From: Paraspadella gotoi
Taxonomy: Eukaryota > Animalia > Chaetognatha
Reading direction: 5' to 3'
Assembly (NCBI GenBank): GCA_051294375.1
Contig: CM119265.1
Span: 8,378,772 to 8,442,771 of the forward strand
Length of the DNA stretch: 64,000 bases
Each line of letters opens with the position of its first letter. The first letter of the stretch is position 1. Shown here piece by piece: positions 10,751 to 23,743 of the stretch. A program made the translations under genes and the position numbers. The notes below the pieces were generated by a model that was not told the DNA's origin, did not search any database, and saw nothing but the letters and a program-made list of their open reading frames with translations.

Positions 10751-12084
10751 CTTGAAAATACTTTTTTGACACGGAAAAAACTGACAATACTCTCCCAAAT
10801 GACTGAAAAAAAGAGAGAAAAAAAGTGAAAAAAAGAAAAAAAGAAAAAGAAGAAGAAAAAGTCGGAAGTGTCAAAATTTGCGGCGAAGTTTTTTGGAGTT
10901 GAAAACAAACGTCAGGCGGCGTCTTTGGTGTGGATCGAGATGAACCGGGGTAGCGAGGAAGTGAAAGGAGCAGGATTCTCGGAGGTGGAAGTGGAGTGGT
11001 AAGAGAGGGTGAGTGTAGAGGCTCTTTGAGAAAATAGAATACTTGGATGTATGAAAAATATATTATTATCAGGTTTCTTTTACTATGCTTAAGACTTATT
11101 TATTTATTTTTAATGACCTGAATGGACCCAAGAGCTGGTGAGAGTCTGATCGAAGTAATGTGGTCGTTAATAATCGTATGGCCGCTCAGATCCCTGGTCA
11201 AAACGTAGTCGTCAAATGATATCGTTAAATGATATCTTGGGAAAAAATATAAGAATTATTCCAATACTTTGTGAGAAAGAGTGCTAGAAGTAAGAAGTGG
11301 AGGCTCGAGTGAGAACTTTGGGACTCTCTATGATTTAAGGAGGAGCGAGCTGATCTATTTCATTCGGACCGGAGACGTTTTCACGATACATCTTCGACAT
11401 GGCGACGTCCACGCCCGTCAACTTCGAAAAAAAAAATAAATAAAAGGAAACATTTAGTTTTGGTTTATAAATCCTTGACGCAGCTGTTGGTGCGAAAAAC
11501 ACGGACGAAAGCGGGTGACGACGAAAAAAATCAGCTAAACCCTATAATGTTATAAAGTTGAACACAAAAAAATGATTTCGAAACGCCGTTAAATAATTCG
11601 AACTTTTTAAAGTAATCTTTTGGATATCAGGGATAGGTATCTGACCTTATAATTTAAAAATCGGCTTAAAACAGCAGAAAAAAAAATTACATATTAAGTT
11701 TTCAAATAGTTTAAACTTAACACCATTTCCGTAAATTTTGCTTGGAAAAACAAATTTAACGTTTACCCCAAAGTCAGTGTAATGTTAAAGCGAAACCTAC
11801 GGCTGCCACAACTATTCTGTTGACGCGGCCAACTGCAGTCGTCCTCCGAGAAACTTTACGTCAAGTACGAGATTCTTAACTCGACTCGGTTCCATTAAAA
11901 TCCCCCCTCCGCCCAAACGGCGAGATAAAGAGCCGTCTTCGCGATGGCTTCTTCGGTGGGCGGCTCGGGTGGCATTGAAAAAGCCTGAATGGCGCCGCAC
12001 GGACGGCAAGAGCCAGTGACTGACTGAAGACGAGTGAATGGCAACCGTTCATGGCGCCGCATAATCTTCGAAAGTCTTTCGTAG

Positions 12085-12238
12085 CCCCCCCCGCCCCCAC
12101 GCCCTTCGTCCAGCCCCCAATACTGGAGATAAACGAGGCCGTTTCTAGTTTCTATTTAATGGCACTTGTTTTTTGTTTATTTATTACTTTTTTGTTTATT
12201 TTTTTTCGGTGGTTAAGAAAACGATATAATCATAATAG
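12085..12238 (+). CDS. Candidate internal exon encoding a single transmembrane segment
   Basis: Bounded by acceptor TCTTTCGTAG (ends 12084) and donor AG|GTAAGG (12239). It translates to PPAPTPFVQPPILEINEAVSSFYLMALVFCLFITFLFIFFRWLRKRYNHN: Pro stalk, hydrophobic stretch, basic stop-transfer. The hydrophobicity could just reflect T-rich DNA. Confidence 0.35.
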
Positions 12239-15200
12239 GTAAGGAAAAGGAGTGGGCGTGGTCCTAGTGATCATAGCATTTCATTGATAGAAAAGCTACT
12301 CTGGGAGTTACTAAACTAGACTGTGAGAGCATTTTTATCCAAACCTTGCAAGCTCGTGCTGTTATTTTCTTGTAAGAGGAATTCAAGCCTTAACCAACCA
12401 TGTTCTGTCAAAAATAAGAGAAAATTAGCTTATTTTATTTATTGAATGCATAATTTTTATATTGGTAGTACCAATTTTATAAAGTAGAATGAGGACCGTA
12501 GAGATGGCAAGGATGGTGAAAGAAGATCGAATCAATTGCATTGAAAAGAAAAGCTGAGAAAGATGGAAAGATTGCAGCCTCGACCATCGGCGTTGACGAT
12601 TCCAAGAGAGAGAAGGGATTAAACGTTTTTTGTGCGTAGGACTTTTGTTTACGAGGAGAAAAAGATGAGAGGAAAGATTAAGGAACGAAACTGAGGCTGA
12701 GAACGGGGCGACCCCAGAGTCTGGACCGGGCCGATAAAGAGTAAAAAAAAAAAAAAAAGAAAGAAAACAGAAGCAGTTTGATTTTGTTTTGTTTTGGTTT
12801 TCTGTTTTGCGAGGGCGAAAGGAATATTTGTTTAGTTCGACCTCGGTAGTAGATTCGAATATCGTGGCAAAAAACTTACCGATTTTCTATCCCGACTTAA
12901 TAACGCATTCATGATTCATCGAGATTAATTAAAGAAGCGGCGATGATCGAGATTTTTGACAATTTCCGACTTTTCTTTTTTCTGGTTTCCCTTAATCGGT
13001 GACCCCGAAGTTGGACCTTTCCTTCGACGCGATCGATGACGGACGACGGATCGAAGCCTCCAAGTTCCAAATCCCTATCACCACTATCCCTTCTTGCCGT
13101 CGAGTCCTTTTTTCAAATCTCAATCCTTCCTGAAGGATTTATCTTTTCTCTTCGTTTCACTTTCGCCGAAACAAACAAAAACCTCGGAAAAAAAGTTTCC
13201 CCCCCCCCGAGTTTTGAAATTTCAGTGTTTCCTGGTTTTTCTATTTCAAATTTAAAAAAAAATAAAAAATTCGGGCGCTCGCGATTTATTTCTCAATTAA
13301 TTTTGTTTTAATAAGTAACTTAATTAATGCTTTCTTTTTTTTCCTCTTCGAGACGACTAATCGGATTCGCCATTCTTTCACCGCTCCCCCCCTCTTTTTT
13401 TTTATTTCGGGCTGAACGTTTATTCGTATTTTGGGGGCTTCGCTGAGAGGAAGACAATCCCAAATCCTCTTTTATTCTTTTTATTCGTAGAATTTTTTTT
13501 TCTTATCTCATTCCGTTTCAAGTTACCTCTAATATTATTTTTTTCAAATGCAAATAGCGCTATTTGAAATCGATTAATTCCGCTATTATTTTTTTTCTCC
13601 CGAGCGGAACAGAGATTATTCTTAGCGCAAACTATTCGTCTTCGTCCGGTCGGCCAACGGTCATAAAAGATGCATCGCAAAATTGCAATATATATATATA
13701 TCGCTGGCCGAGACTCGATCTTCCTCGTTTACGCGTTTTCCGAACGACAGTCTACGGACACGGCAAAGTCGGCACATCCGACGGACGCCGGCCTCCGCCA
13801 CCGCCGACCTCCGCCAACGCCAACGCCGGCCGCCGCCACCGCCACCGCCGGCCGCCGCCAACGCCAGTCTCGTCCCGGACTCGTAAACTCGGGCGTCTCT
13901 TTTGACTTTGATCTTGAAGATCGCGTTCGCCGCCGTTCGGCCAAAGGAGAGAGAAAGAGAAAAAAAAAGGGGGCATTCGCGCGCGCGCGCTCTTTCAACT
14001 ATTCACGCGACGACCCTCGTTTTCACCGTCATCCTCCTCCTCCTCCTACTCCTCCTCCGCTTCCTCCTCCTCCTTCTCTTCCTCCTCATCCTTCCCCTCT
14101 TCCTCTCGAATGAGTCTGTTCATGTTTTTCTCCATCTCCTTATCGTCAGTCTTTCACCGGCGGTGGAGAAAAAAAAAACAACGAAAATTATACATCGAAA
14201 ATATCGTCACTCTTCCACGTCGTCGTCGTCGTCGTCTTTATCGTCGTCGGTGACAGCGGCGTTATTTCGCGACTTTGTCGTTGGCGTCATTGGCGTTATT
14301 ATTGTTAACCGTCTTCACTGCGGACTTTTTTTGGTGATGGAAATGTATTTTTTTCCGGAAATTGATAAAAACTCTAAAGGATTTTCGAAGGATTCGNNNN
14401 NNNNNNGAGAGAGAGCGGGGGATAAAGCAGATACAAATTTTAATTAGGTTTTCGAAATTGCGTTTTGCAATAACTTTTTTTGGTTTCATTCTTTTACAGG
14501 CGAAACTGGAACCCTGTTTTTGTGAAATATCGGATTAAAATTACTAAAAAAGTTCGGGATTGTTCGATTTTTAATGAATCTTATAATCTTGCAAATATTG
14601 TAATATTACGAGAGTTTGCTAATTAGATTTATAAAATTTTGAAAAAAAGAACCATGTTTTATGAAAAATTTCAATGACTATGTCGCAAAAGTTAACCTTA
14701 AAAGTTCTGGTACAGAAAAATCCCTCGCACACGTGGAATTAAATGAAAATCCGCTCCGAAATCCCGCCTTACCTTCCCCTTACCTTAAACAATCAATCGG
14801 TATTATGTTTTTTTTTTGCCTCAGAGCGACTCGAGTATTTGTAGAAACAAAGTTGAATCAACAAAGGAACAACGAAGCCGCAAACAACGACTCTGACGGC
14901 GACGACGAAAACGAAAGAAAGAAACAAACAAAATGGCGTCGCTGCCAGACGAGAGTCGCGACAAAGATGCGTCGAGAATTTCTCTTCCACTTAGACGAAT
15001 TAATCTCTAATGAACGCTTCCGGCTTTCGTTAAGGTCTTGTGTCGGGAAAAAATTCTGTACTGATTATATTTTGTTATATGATTTTATTTATTAAAAACA
15101 TTTACCTGCTTTCCTTTTTTCGACGCTTCAAGTTCTAAACCATTTCAAAAATTTTTTGATTCACTTTTCTCAGAAGAATTTTTATCACCTTTTTCATTAC

Positions 15201-15320
15201 TTTCATTATCTTCATGTTTTAGTTTCTATTAATTGGTTTAATAATACTAAATGAGAAGCTCGACCCGAGTTTCACCTTTATAATTATTTCTTTTCGCGAT
15301 AATTAAAAAAAAAAATAGCG

Positions 15321-15401
<81 letters not shown>

Positions 15402-15510
15402 GAGAGAGGAGTGAGTGAGTGAGTAAAAAAGACACGGCCTCTCTTCTTTGAAAATGAAATGGCAGAAAAAAAATTATATTTACTCTTTTTTATCTGTTTG
15501 CCTCTATTTG

Positions 15511-15563
<53 letters not shown>

Positions 15564-15679
15564 CCTCTTTCTCCTTCTCTCTCTGCACGACGCGGGCTGC
15601 AGTGAATCCCTAATTCTCATTTGCATGCCATAAGGTCTACGTTTAATGACAAAATCAATTCTTCCAAATTTGATCCAGA

Positions 15680-16055
15680 AAAGAAATAAAAATGAAAAAA
15701 TAGAAAAAGAAAAGGAAGTTAAGGAAATTGACGAGAAAAAAAAAACAGATAAAAATATTTAAAGGTAGCTTAACCAAAGAAACACCATAGAGACAGAAAT
15801 AAGCGATGAAAAATAGGTACGACAGTTGTTCGTTTTTTTCTTTTTTTTTTTTTAGCCATGACGCACCTGATAAAAAAAAGGGATAAATGCAAAAACAGCC
15901 GGATATTTTTTATGTTTTAACATTTGAAAGTTTGTTCTCACGTAATTTGAAAACTTTTTTCTATTTAGTTAAGAAAATAGAATTATACCCGAATTCGAAA
16001 GCAGTTCTTAATGATTTAATGATTCGCTGATTCGCTCTCTCTCTCTTCTCTCATC

Positions 16056-16086
<31 letters not shown>

Positions 16087-16637
16087 TGTTTATGCACGCA
16101 CCACCCGTACTCTTTTTATGTGATACGATTAAGACAGTAATTTAAAAAACAAATTAATAAAAGGAAGANNNNNNNNNNNNNNNNNNNNNNNNNAATCGTT
16201 GATCGCAGAAGACAGAAATGATAAAAATGAAAAAAGATGAGAAGAAAGAGCAACAGGACAAACGTTATAAGGAAATGTGACCCGCAGAAAAAAAAAACAC
16301 GATAAAAATATTTAAAGGTAGCTTAACCAAAGAAACAACCATAGAGACAGAAATAAGCGATGTAAGAAAAATAAGGTACGACAGTGTGTGTTCGTTTTTT
16401 TCTTTTTTCTTTTTTTTTTTTAGCCATGACGCACCTGATAAAAAAAAGGGATAAATGCAAAACAGCCGGATATTTTTTATTGTTTTAACATTTGAAAGTT
16501 TGTTCTCACGTAATTTGAAAACTTTTTCTATTTAGTTAAGAAAATAGAATTATACCCGAATTCAAAGCAGTTCTTAATGATTTAATGATTCCAGCTCTGA
16601 TTCCCTCCTCTCGTCTCTCTCTACTTCTCCCTCTCTC

Positions 16638-16670
<33 letters not shown>

Positions 16671-16780
16671 CTCTCTTCTCTCTCTCCTCTCTCCTCTGCT
16701 GTTTATGCACGCACCACCGTACTCTTTTTATGGATCACGATTAAGACAGTATTAAAAAAACAAATTAATAAAAGGAAGAA
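15680..16780. repeat. ~500-bp direct duplication flanking a 25-N gap (likely assembly overlap)
   Basis: ~15680-16168 is repeated at ~16215-16778 with scattered 1-nt indels; the gap is at 16169-16193. Confidence 0.85.
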
Positions 16781-17533
16781 GATGATTTTCTTCTTTACTA
16801 CTATTGTTTAAAAAAAACTGTGACTTTTGGAAAAGTCGAAAAGTCACTAAGAGAAAGAGAAAGAGGAAAGAGAGAGAGACGACACAGAGACAGGAGACAG
16901 GAGAGAGAGAGAGAGAGGGAGAGGAGAGAGAGGAGAGAGAGAGAAGAGAGAGAGAGCCAGGAAGGAAGAAAAAAATATTTCCTGCAATTAAAATGAGATA
17001 AAAATAAACGAGAGGACAGCGACCGACCGCGAAGAAGAATTGAATTCCAGCGAAGACGACAACAACAACGACAACAATGACGACGAAAGTGAAGGCCAAT
17101 TGAAAGCGACGAATTTTGAGTTTAAAAAAAACGGCAAAAGAAATATAAAGAGATTCGAGTTTCTTCGATTTTTTTCTTATTTTTCTGCTAAAAAAAGTAT
17201 CGAATTCGCACAAAATTTGACCTTTTTTTCGGCCTAAAAAAAAAAAGAAAGAAAAAGAAAAAGAGAAACAAAAGATGGGAAAAGCCTCGTGGCGCCAGCT
17301 GCCGTTGTTAGCGCTGAATGTTCGCCAGACTTTCGTGCTGAGCGTTTGTGAAAAGAAAAGTTAAAGAAAAGTAAAAAAAAAAAGAGTTTTTAAAATTTTT
17401 TTCGATTCTTGTAGTTGTAATTATTTTGTCGCCTTATCTTTAATATAATGATTTTTATTATTATTTTTTTAGATGAAATAAAAAAGAAAGAAAACTAAAA
17501 CTCTCAATCCCCACTTCTCGACTCGACCGCGAG

Positions 17534-18607
17534 ATGTCTTTCCACGGTCTGGCTCGGCGACCCGTGCCGTTCGATCAGCGCCACCCTGGCCAATACCCTC
17601 GCCGCGGCGCCCCTCGAGGTCGTGGCCTTCGCGTCATGTCGCCCAGGTATCCCTTCGGGGGCTTCCGCGGAGGCGGTCGTTTCCCGCCCCCCAGAGGCCC
17701 CGGGCTCCTGGGCCCGCCTCCGGCGCCCGTTCCACCCCCGGCGGCGCCTCCGCCGACGGTAGTGCCCGCGCCAGTGCCACCTCCTGCGGCGCCAACGTCG
17801 TCAATCGTGGGCGTGACGCCGCCGGATGTCAGCGCAATCTTAGATCTGATCCAAATAAAGACTCCCGAAGACAACGCCTCCGCCGCCGCCGCCGCCGCCG
17901 CTGCCGCCGCCGCGGCTCCCTGTCCCGTTCCGCCCCCGCACCCCATGCAACTACCTCAGGGCGTCCCGCCGCCAACAGGGAGTTTTTCGGGCGTTTGGGC
18001 GACGCCGCAACCCGGCGTCGACGCGTCGCCGCTTTCTTCTTCGTCGTCGTCATCATCGTCTTCTTCATCGTCGACGTCGTCAGTGACCTTTGACCTCAAC
18101 GTGCCGCCGCCGCCAATTTTCTCGACGACGACGGATTCTCCGTGGCACGCCGTCCCCAACTCTCTCGTCAATTCCGACATCACCGAGTCCATTCTACTGC
18201 AGCTACAGCATCAGCATCAACTACAGCAACAGCAGCTCGATCTCGCCAAGGGATTCGCCACTTCTTCAGCGCCCTTCCCCCTTCCGACGCCGTCCCTCAA
18301 CAACAACAACAACAACGCCAACAACGCAGATCAGGTGGCGTCGTTGTTGACGGGATTGTTGACGAGCCTCAAGAGTCTTTCCCCGGAGCAGATGCTCGCC
18401 CTGCAGGAGTTGCTGCACAATAACGCGGCAGAGACCGCCGCTGCAGCGGCTGCAGCGGCGGCTACAACGCCAGGTCCGCCACCGCCGCTGGGAGTGCCGC
18501 CTCCGCCTCCGCCGCCATTGAACGCGACTCCGACGCCAATACCGCCGCCGCCGCCGCCGTTTCTCTTGCCAAACTTTTCGATCTTCGGAGATCAAACGCC
18601 TTTTCCG
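17534..18607 (+). CDS. First coding exon (358 codons) of a Pro/Ala/Ser/Gln-rich low-complexity protein with an Arg-Gly-rich N-terminus; rest of the gene not identified
   Basis: Uninterrupted GC-rich ORF with coding-like codon usage. Upstream acceptor TTTTTTTAG ends at 17472, and a strong donor CCG|GTGAGT at 18608 falls at phase 0. The N-terminal RRGAPRGRG...FRGGGRFPPPRGPGLLGPPP is typical of RNA-binding or disordered proteins; no specific domain recognised. Confidence 0.65.
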
Positions 18608-20080
18608 GTGAGTAAGAGATTTAAAATTCGTCTCGTCGTACCAAGATTTGTGTGTTAGTAACTTAGTAGTAGAGTTAACGAAAATATTGTTTTGGCTATG
18701 GGTAGTTTACCTGACGATAAATTTCAATTAAATCTAGTGGTAACGGAATTACAAATGCATGCCTGAGTAACTTCGATCGGAAAATAGATATCTCTCAATC
18801 CAGATGAATGTCCAGAAATATTATTCCGTTCATCTGCCGTAAAAGCTGGCCCGCAGTCCTCACCGCGTCCCTCACGCCCCTAACCTAACCGCTTCTCTCT
18901 CCCATCGCCGCCTCCTGCTTTTCCCTTTGCCAAAACTACCTGCCTCATATCTCCGCCCTCACCGCATCCATAGGCCTTCACTGAATCGAATTCCTTTGCC
19001 CTAATCGCATCCCTTTGCCCTAAAGGAAACGCTCTGCTCAAAACGCGGCTTCTCTGATCTCTACTCGACATTCACAGCCTCGAACAACGACAATAAACAG
19101 TTTTTTTTTTCTCTCCCGAGATCTTAACGAGAAATCTGTTTTTCCCTCACACGGAAAACCTGTTGACCCGAATCGCTCTCACCCTTGGCTCGCTACACCT
19201 TGAGTCCGCTTATCGAAAGAATTTACGCCGTCACGGCGGGTTTCTCTGCTGTTNNNNNNNNNNNNNNNNNNNNNNNNNCGGGGACCCCAATATATCAACC
19301 CCGATACCGATAATCATCACGGCCATCGTCATCGTTCACCCTTTCATCATCACGAAAAAACATCCGAGTTCAGAGCTCGACACGAACCTATTTTTATTTT
19401 ATATTTTTTATAATGGTAAATGAAAAAAATATTAAAAAAAAAGCTTTTGACAGAAATTTGTTTGTTTGACGGGCGGTCGTCTCTCGCGTTGCCGAAGATC
19501 CGACGTTATTTATCGAACCGAGTTCTGATCTTGGCGGACGAGGCCAAGATTTTTCTCTTCGTTTATTTACTCGCGCGACTCATGGTTTGTCTGGTGGTTT
19601 ATGGCAGATATCCTCAATGTGAGGACGACTATGTTTTCTTCAATCGATTATCATTTATACAGATATTTGTTTTCTCTTCAATATATAAAGAATTAATGAA
19701 AAGACTACACGAGAGAGAGAGAGTAGAGAGAGAGACGAGAGAGAGAGAGAGAGAGAAATCGAAATTCGAATATCGGCGAAGGACGTCCCCGGCTAAAACA
19801 ACAACAACAACGACAACAACAACAACCACTCCGACGACAAAGAAAAATGGTGGCGACAGACGCGGTCTGATTTTTTTTTTAGATTTTTACATCCATTGAA
19901 TAAATAATTTTGAAAATCGAGGTTTTATTCCGTCGATATTTATGCCTTTAATTTCGGTTTCGGAGACTCGTGGGTTTTCTGTTTTTCGCCTAGAGGTTTT
20001 TTTTTGGTGTGTGTGTGTGTGTTTGTTGTTGAGGGATTTCGACATTAAAAAAACCTGTAAAATCCGCCTGCGAAGGGGAA

Positions 20081-20111
<31 letters not shown>

Positions 20112-20310
20112 GGGAGAGGGAGGAAAAGAGAGCGAGAGAGAAAAACATGGGGAACGCGAGGGGAGAAGGAGCGAGAGAGAGTCAACTTCATAAAATTCTT
20201 TTTTACAACCTCGGCCAAAAGTCGAATTTATTTTTATTTACGTCGAAATTTTGAGGCGTAAACGATCTATGGGTAAAAATATGAAGCAACGAAATCGATA
20301 TCGTCGTCGG

Positions 20311-20414
20311 CCGCTGCTGCCGCTGCCGCTGCCGCCGCCGCCGCCGCCGCCGCTGCCGCCACCGCCGCCGCCGCAGCCGCCGCCGCCGCCGCCGCAGCCG
20401 CCGCCGCCGCCGCC
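20311..20414. repeat. (GCC/GCT/GCA)n trinucleotide repeat
   Basis: ~35 GCN triplets, mostly GCC; no convincing ORF context. Confidence 0.9.
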
Positions 20415-21223
20415 GATATCTTAGCCGATGACAAACGACGGTAACAGATTTCGTCCTTCGATGTTCAGCTTCGTCTCAAATTCAATGGTAGTCATTAATC
20501 AAGTAATTGATCGAATTTATTTATTTGTTTATTTATTTATACATTCATTTCTCTCGTTTTTTATTGATTTATTAATTTATTACTACACCGAATAGACATA
20601 TAAACGGACTGCACTCTCACTTGACAAAATCCAATATTTTCACTCTTCATTCTTCACCGACTTTCTCCTCATTTCTCAAAACCGAAACCGAGTCTCACGT
20701 CATCTTCTCTCACGTGATATCCGTCCACGTGATCGGGGCGACGACTTTCGTGAAACGAATTCCTTTCCTGTTGACGTTTTTTTGAAAAATGATGGCGACG
20801 ACGACGACGACAACGACGAGGAAACCATGCAAATCTGCAACTCGGTTTTCCTATAATCCTGCTCGGCAAGCGCATGGCGCAACGCTATTCGAGAAATTTC
20901 CTAGATTTCTCGAAAATATCTCGACGTGATTTTCACTCGGGGATCATATTCACTACGGTGATGTCCGATTTGTCGGAAGGTGTGACGACGACGACGACTA
21001 CCGAAACTGACAGCAACAAAGCGTCTGAAATCTCATTTCTCGAATCGCCTACAAGTGAAGCAACGACGAAGATGTCAGATCCGCTGATCGATCGTCCCAC
21101 CTCCATCGAGTCTAGTACAAAAAAAANNNNNNNNNNNNNNNNNNNNNNNNNACTGTCCGGAGAGAGAGAGAGAGAGGAGAGAGAGAGAGGAGAGGGAGAG
21201 AGAGAGAGAGGAGAGAGAGAGAG

Positions 21224-21268
<45 letters not shown>

Positions 21269-21281
<13 letters not shown>

Positions 21282-21923
21282 GATCCAATTAGGTCGATCA
21301 TCTTCGCGTTTCAAGACTCGATGTTCGCATAATCGCTGTTCTTTTTAGTCTGAAACCGTTTTTTTTAGATCAAAAGCAGATTCAATATTGAGAAACAAAG
21401 ATAAAAAACCGTGATTAAATACATTTTATAAATGAAAAACAAAAACAAAAAAAAACAGCGCCTGTTGACCCGTAGCATTTTTGAGCTTTAAATCCTCCCA
21501 TTAAAAAAACCTCTTTCCTCAAATTTAACCGACTTTTGCCTGATGCCATAGGCTATGGTTATTATTTCATCGCTGTCCAATTGATAGTTCTATTCAGGGC
21601 GATTGTTCAATGTTAATCGTTGTCGTTCAATTTCAACATTTAGCCCAAAATTATAGCCCACTTCCACCTCCACCCACTACAATCATGACTTTCCACTCAG
21701 CCCTTTCCCAACTCACCCAACTCACCCCTTCCCCGACTCCCGACTCCTCCCGACTCACTTTCGTGTCCCCACCCACCATTTTAGTTTAAGCGACTGGCGT
21801 CGCTTCCAATCATCAGTAATTCACGTTTAAAAAAGTTTAATTTCTCGCGGCTTTTTTTATATCTTCGGCCTTTGCCTCCCTCTCTCTCTCTCTCTCTCTC
21901 TCTCATCTCTCTCTCTTCTCTCT

Positions 21924-21970
<47 letters not shown>

Positions 21971-23574
21971 GTCTCCCCCTCCCCGTTCTCTTTTGCTTAG
22001 TTTGTCCTTTGGCGTCGAAAGGGGGAATAAACATTTTTTTTAAAGAGGAAACAAAGAGATAAAGAGAGGGCGAGAGTGGGAGGGAGCAAAATTATTTTCA
22101 AATATAGTTGTTTTTTTATTTAACTGCCGGTAAAAACTTCTTTTTTTTAACGATTTACTTTATCGTAGTTAAAAGAGTTCAATAAACTTTAAACTTATAA
22201 AACATGGAAAAAACTTACTACGCCCGAGTATTGCTAAAATTCTTGACATCGTTTTCAATTAAAACTTAATAGCGTTCCGTGTTGTTGCCTCTTTGTTGTT
22301 GTCTTTACTATTGTTGTCAATTGCTTTTGTCAAGAAGCCAACAAACGGTTTCTTCGTTGGCTTCTTCTCTTTTTCTCGTCCAGTTTCTCCCGCTCACATC
22401 GTTCGCTCCTGGAATTTCGACCCACTAGACTCCTGGCATTTTTGCCCCGCTTCAAATAGGCTGCTCCTGTTATTTCGCTCCACTCTTCGCCACTCCTCGA
22501 CTTCGTGCCAAAATGGTATAATTTTCTTGCCGGATTTAATGAGATGAAAACAAAAGGGCAGCGGAAAAAAAAATTAAGGAAAATCTCGCGCATACAGTCT
22601 GTATTAGAGAGACCAAGGGGGTGGAGGAGGAGGAGGAGGAGGAGGAGGAGGGGTATTAGGAGGGGAAGAGAAGAGATGGAGGCGACGGAGCAAAAATGGG
22701 GGCATTGGGAGAAAAAAATGAATAAGGTGACATTGGACAATGAAAATAAAGTAATTAATGAAACACGTAATCAAGTACAAGGTACGAAACTAAAAGTATG
22801 TAAGTGCTCTTCATATTTTTTCTTCTCTTTAAAAAAGAAAGAAACTTCGAGATGGCTGTTTCAGAATAAAAAAAAGATGTTTCGAAACCATTGTAAAAAT
22901 GGGGAAAATCTCACTCGGTAGTCACGTTTTAAGAATTGTTTTTCGACAAAAGAAATAGTTTCGTTCATCACCGTAAAACAGATAGAAAACGAGGAGATAA
23001 AAAAAGGTTGGGAGAGAAAGAAACTGATCGAGAAACAAATTGTTTTTATTTACGAGAGAAAATATTTTTTTCTTAAGTTAATAGTAATCGAAAAATAAAG
23101 TTAAAATGAATCTTATCTTGGTGTTAGTTCACATGACCTCGGCGACAATTTTGACGCAAATGTTGGGAAGGACATTAAAAATTCGGGACAAAGGGACATG
23201 TCTAAAAGTCTGCGTTTATCGTTGAATGTTAAATTCTTTTAGACAGTTTCTCGCTCGAGCCAATTCCATTACGAAATTCTATTTTCCAAGTTCTCAGTGT
23301 AACCGATTCCAAAGTAGTTTCGTTGGTGGGCTGGAAAACGCATTTTGTCGGTTCAATCATTTTCATTTTGAAGAAGAAAAATTCGATTCGGTTTCTGATC
23401 GAAATTTTTGAATTTTTCTTCGTTTGGTTCTTCGTTTTGCCGGAGGCTTTGATCTCTCTGCCCCCGCAATGTTAGATTCTTGACAAGGGTAATAAAGAAC
23501 AACTTTGAAAATCTCTCCTCTGTTTTTTCTCTTCTCTTCCTTCTCTAACATGTTCTCTCTCTCTCTCTCTTTCT

Positions 23575-23646
<72 letters not shown>

Positions 23647-23711
23647 TTCTGCCTCCCTGCCTCCATCACCTACCTCCCTTTCTCCACCTCTTTCTCACTC
23701 TCTTCTGTCTT

Positions 23712-23743
<32 letters not shown>

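Noticed and set aside
13670-14447. GC-rich, Pro-rich (+) or Glu/Asp-rich (-) reading frames
   Set aside because: The frames are dominated by GCC/CCT/GAC triplet repeats, the acidic minus frame has internal stops, and no consistent splice model was found.
17575-18595. Antisense and alternative-frame ORFs over the Pro-rich exon (likewise over 36845-38065)
   Set aside because: These are shadow ORFs of GC-rich coding sequence; splice signals and signal peptide support only the + strand frames reported.
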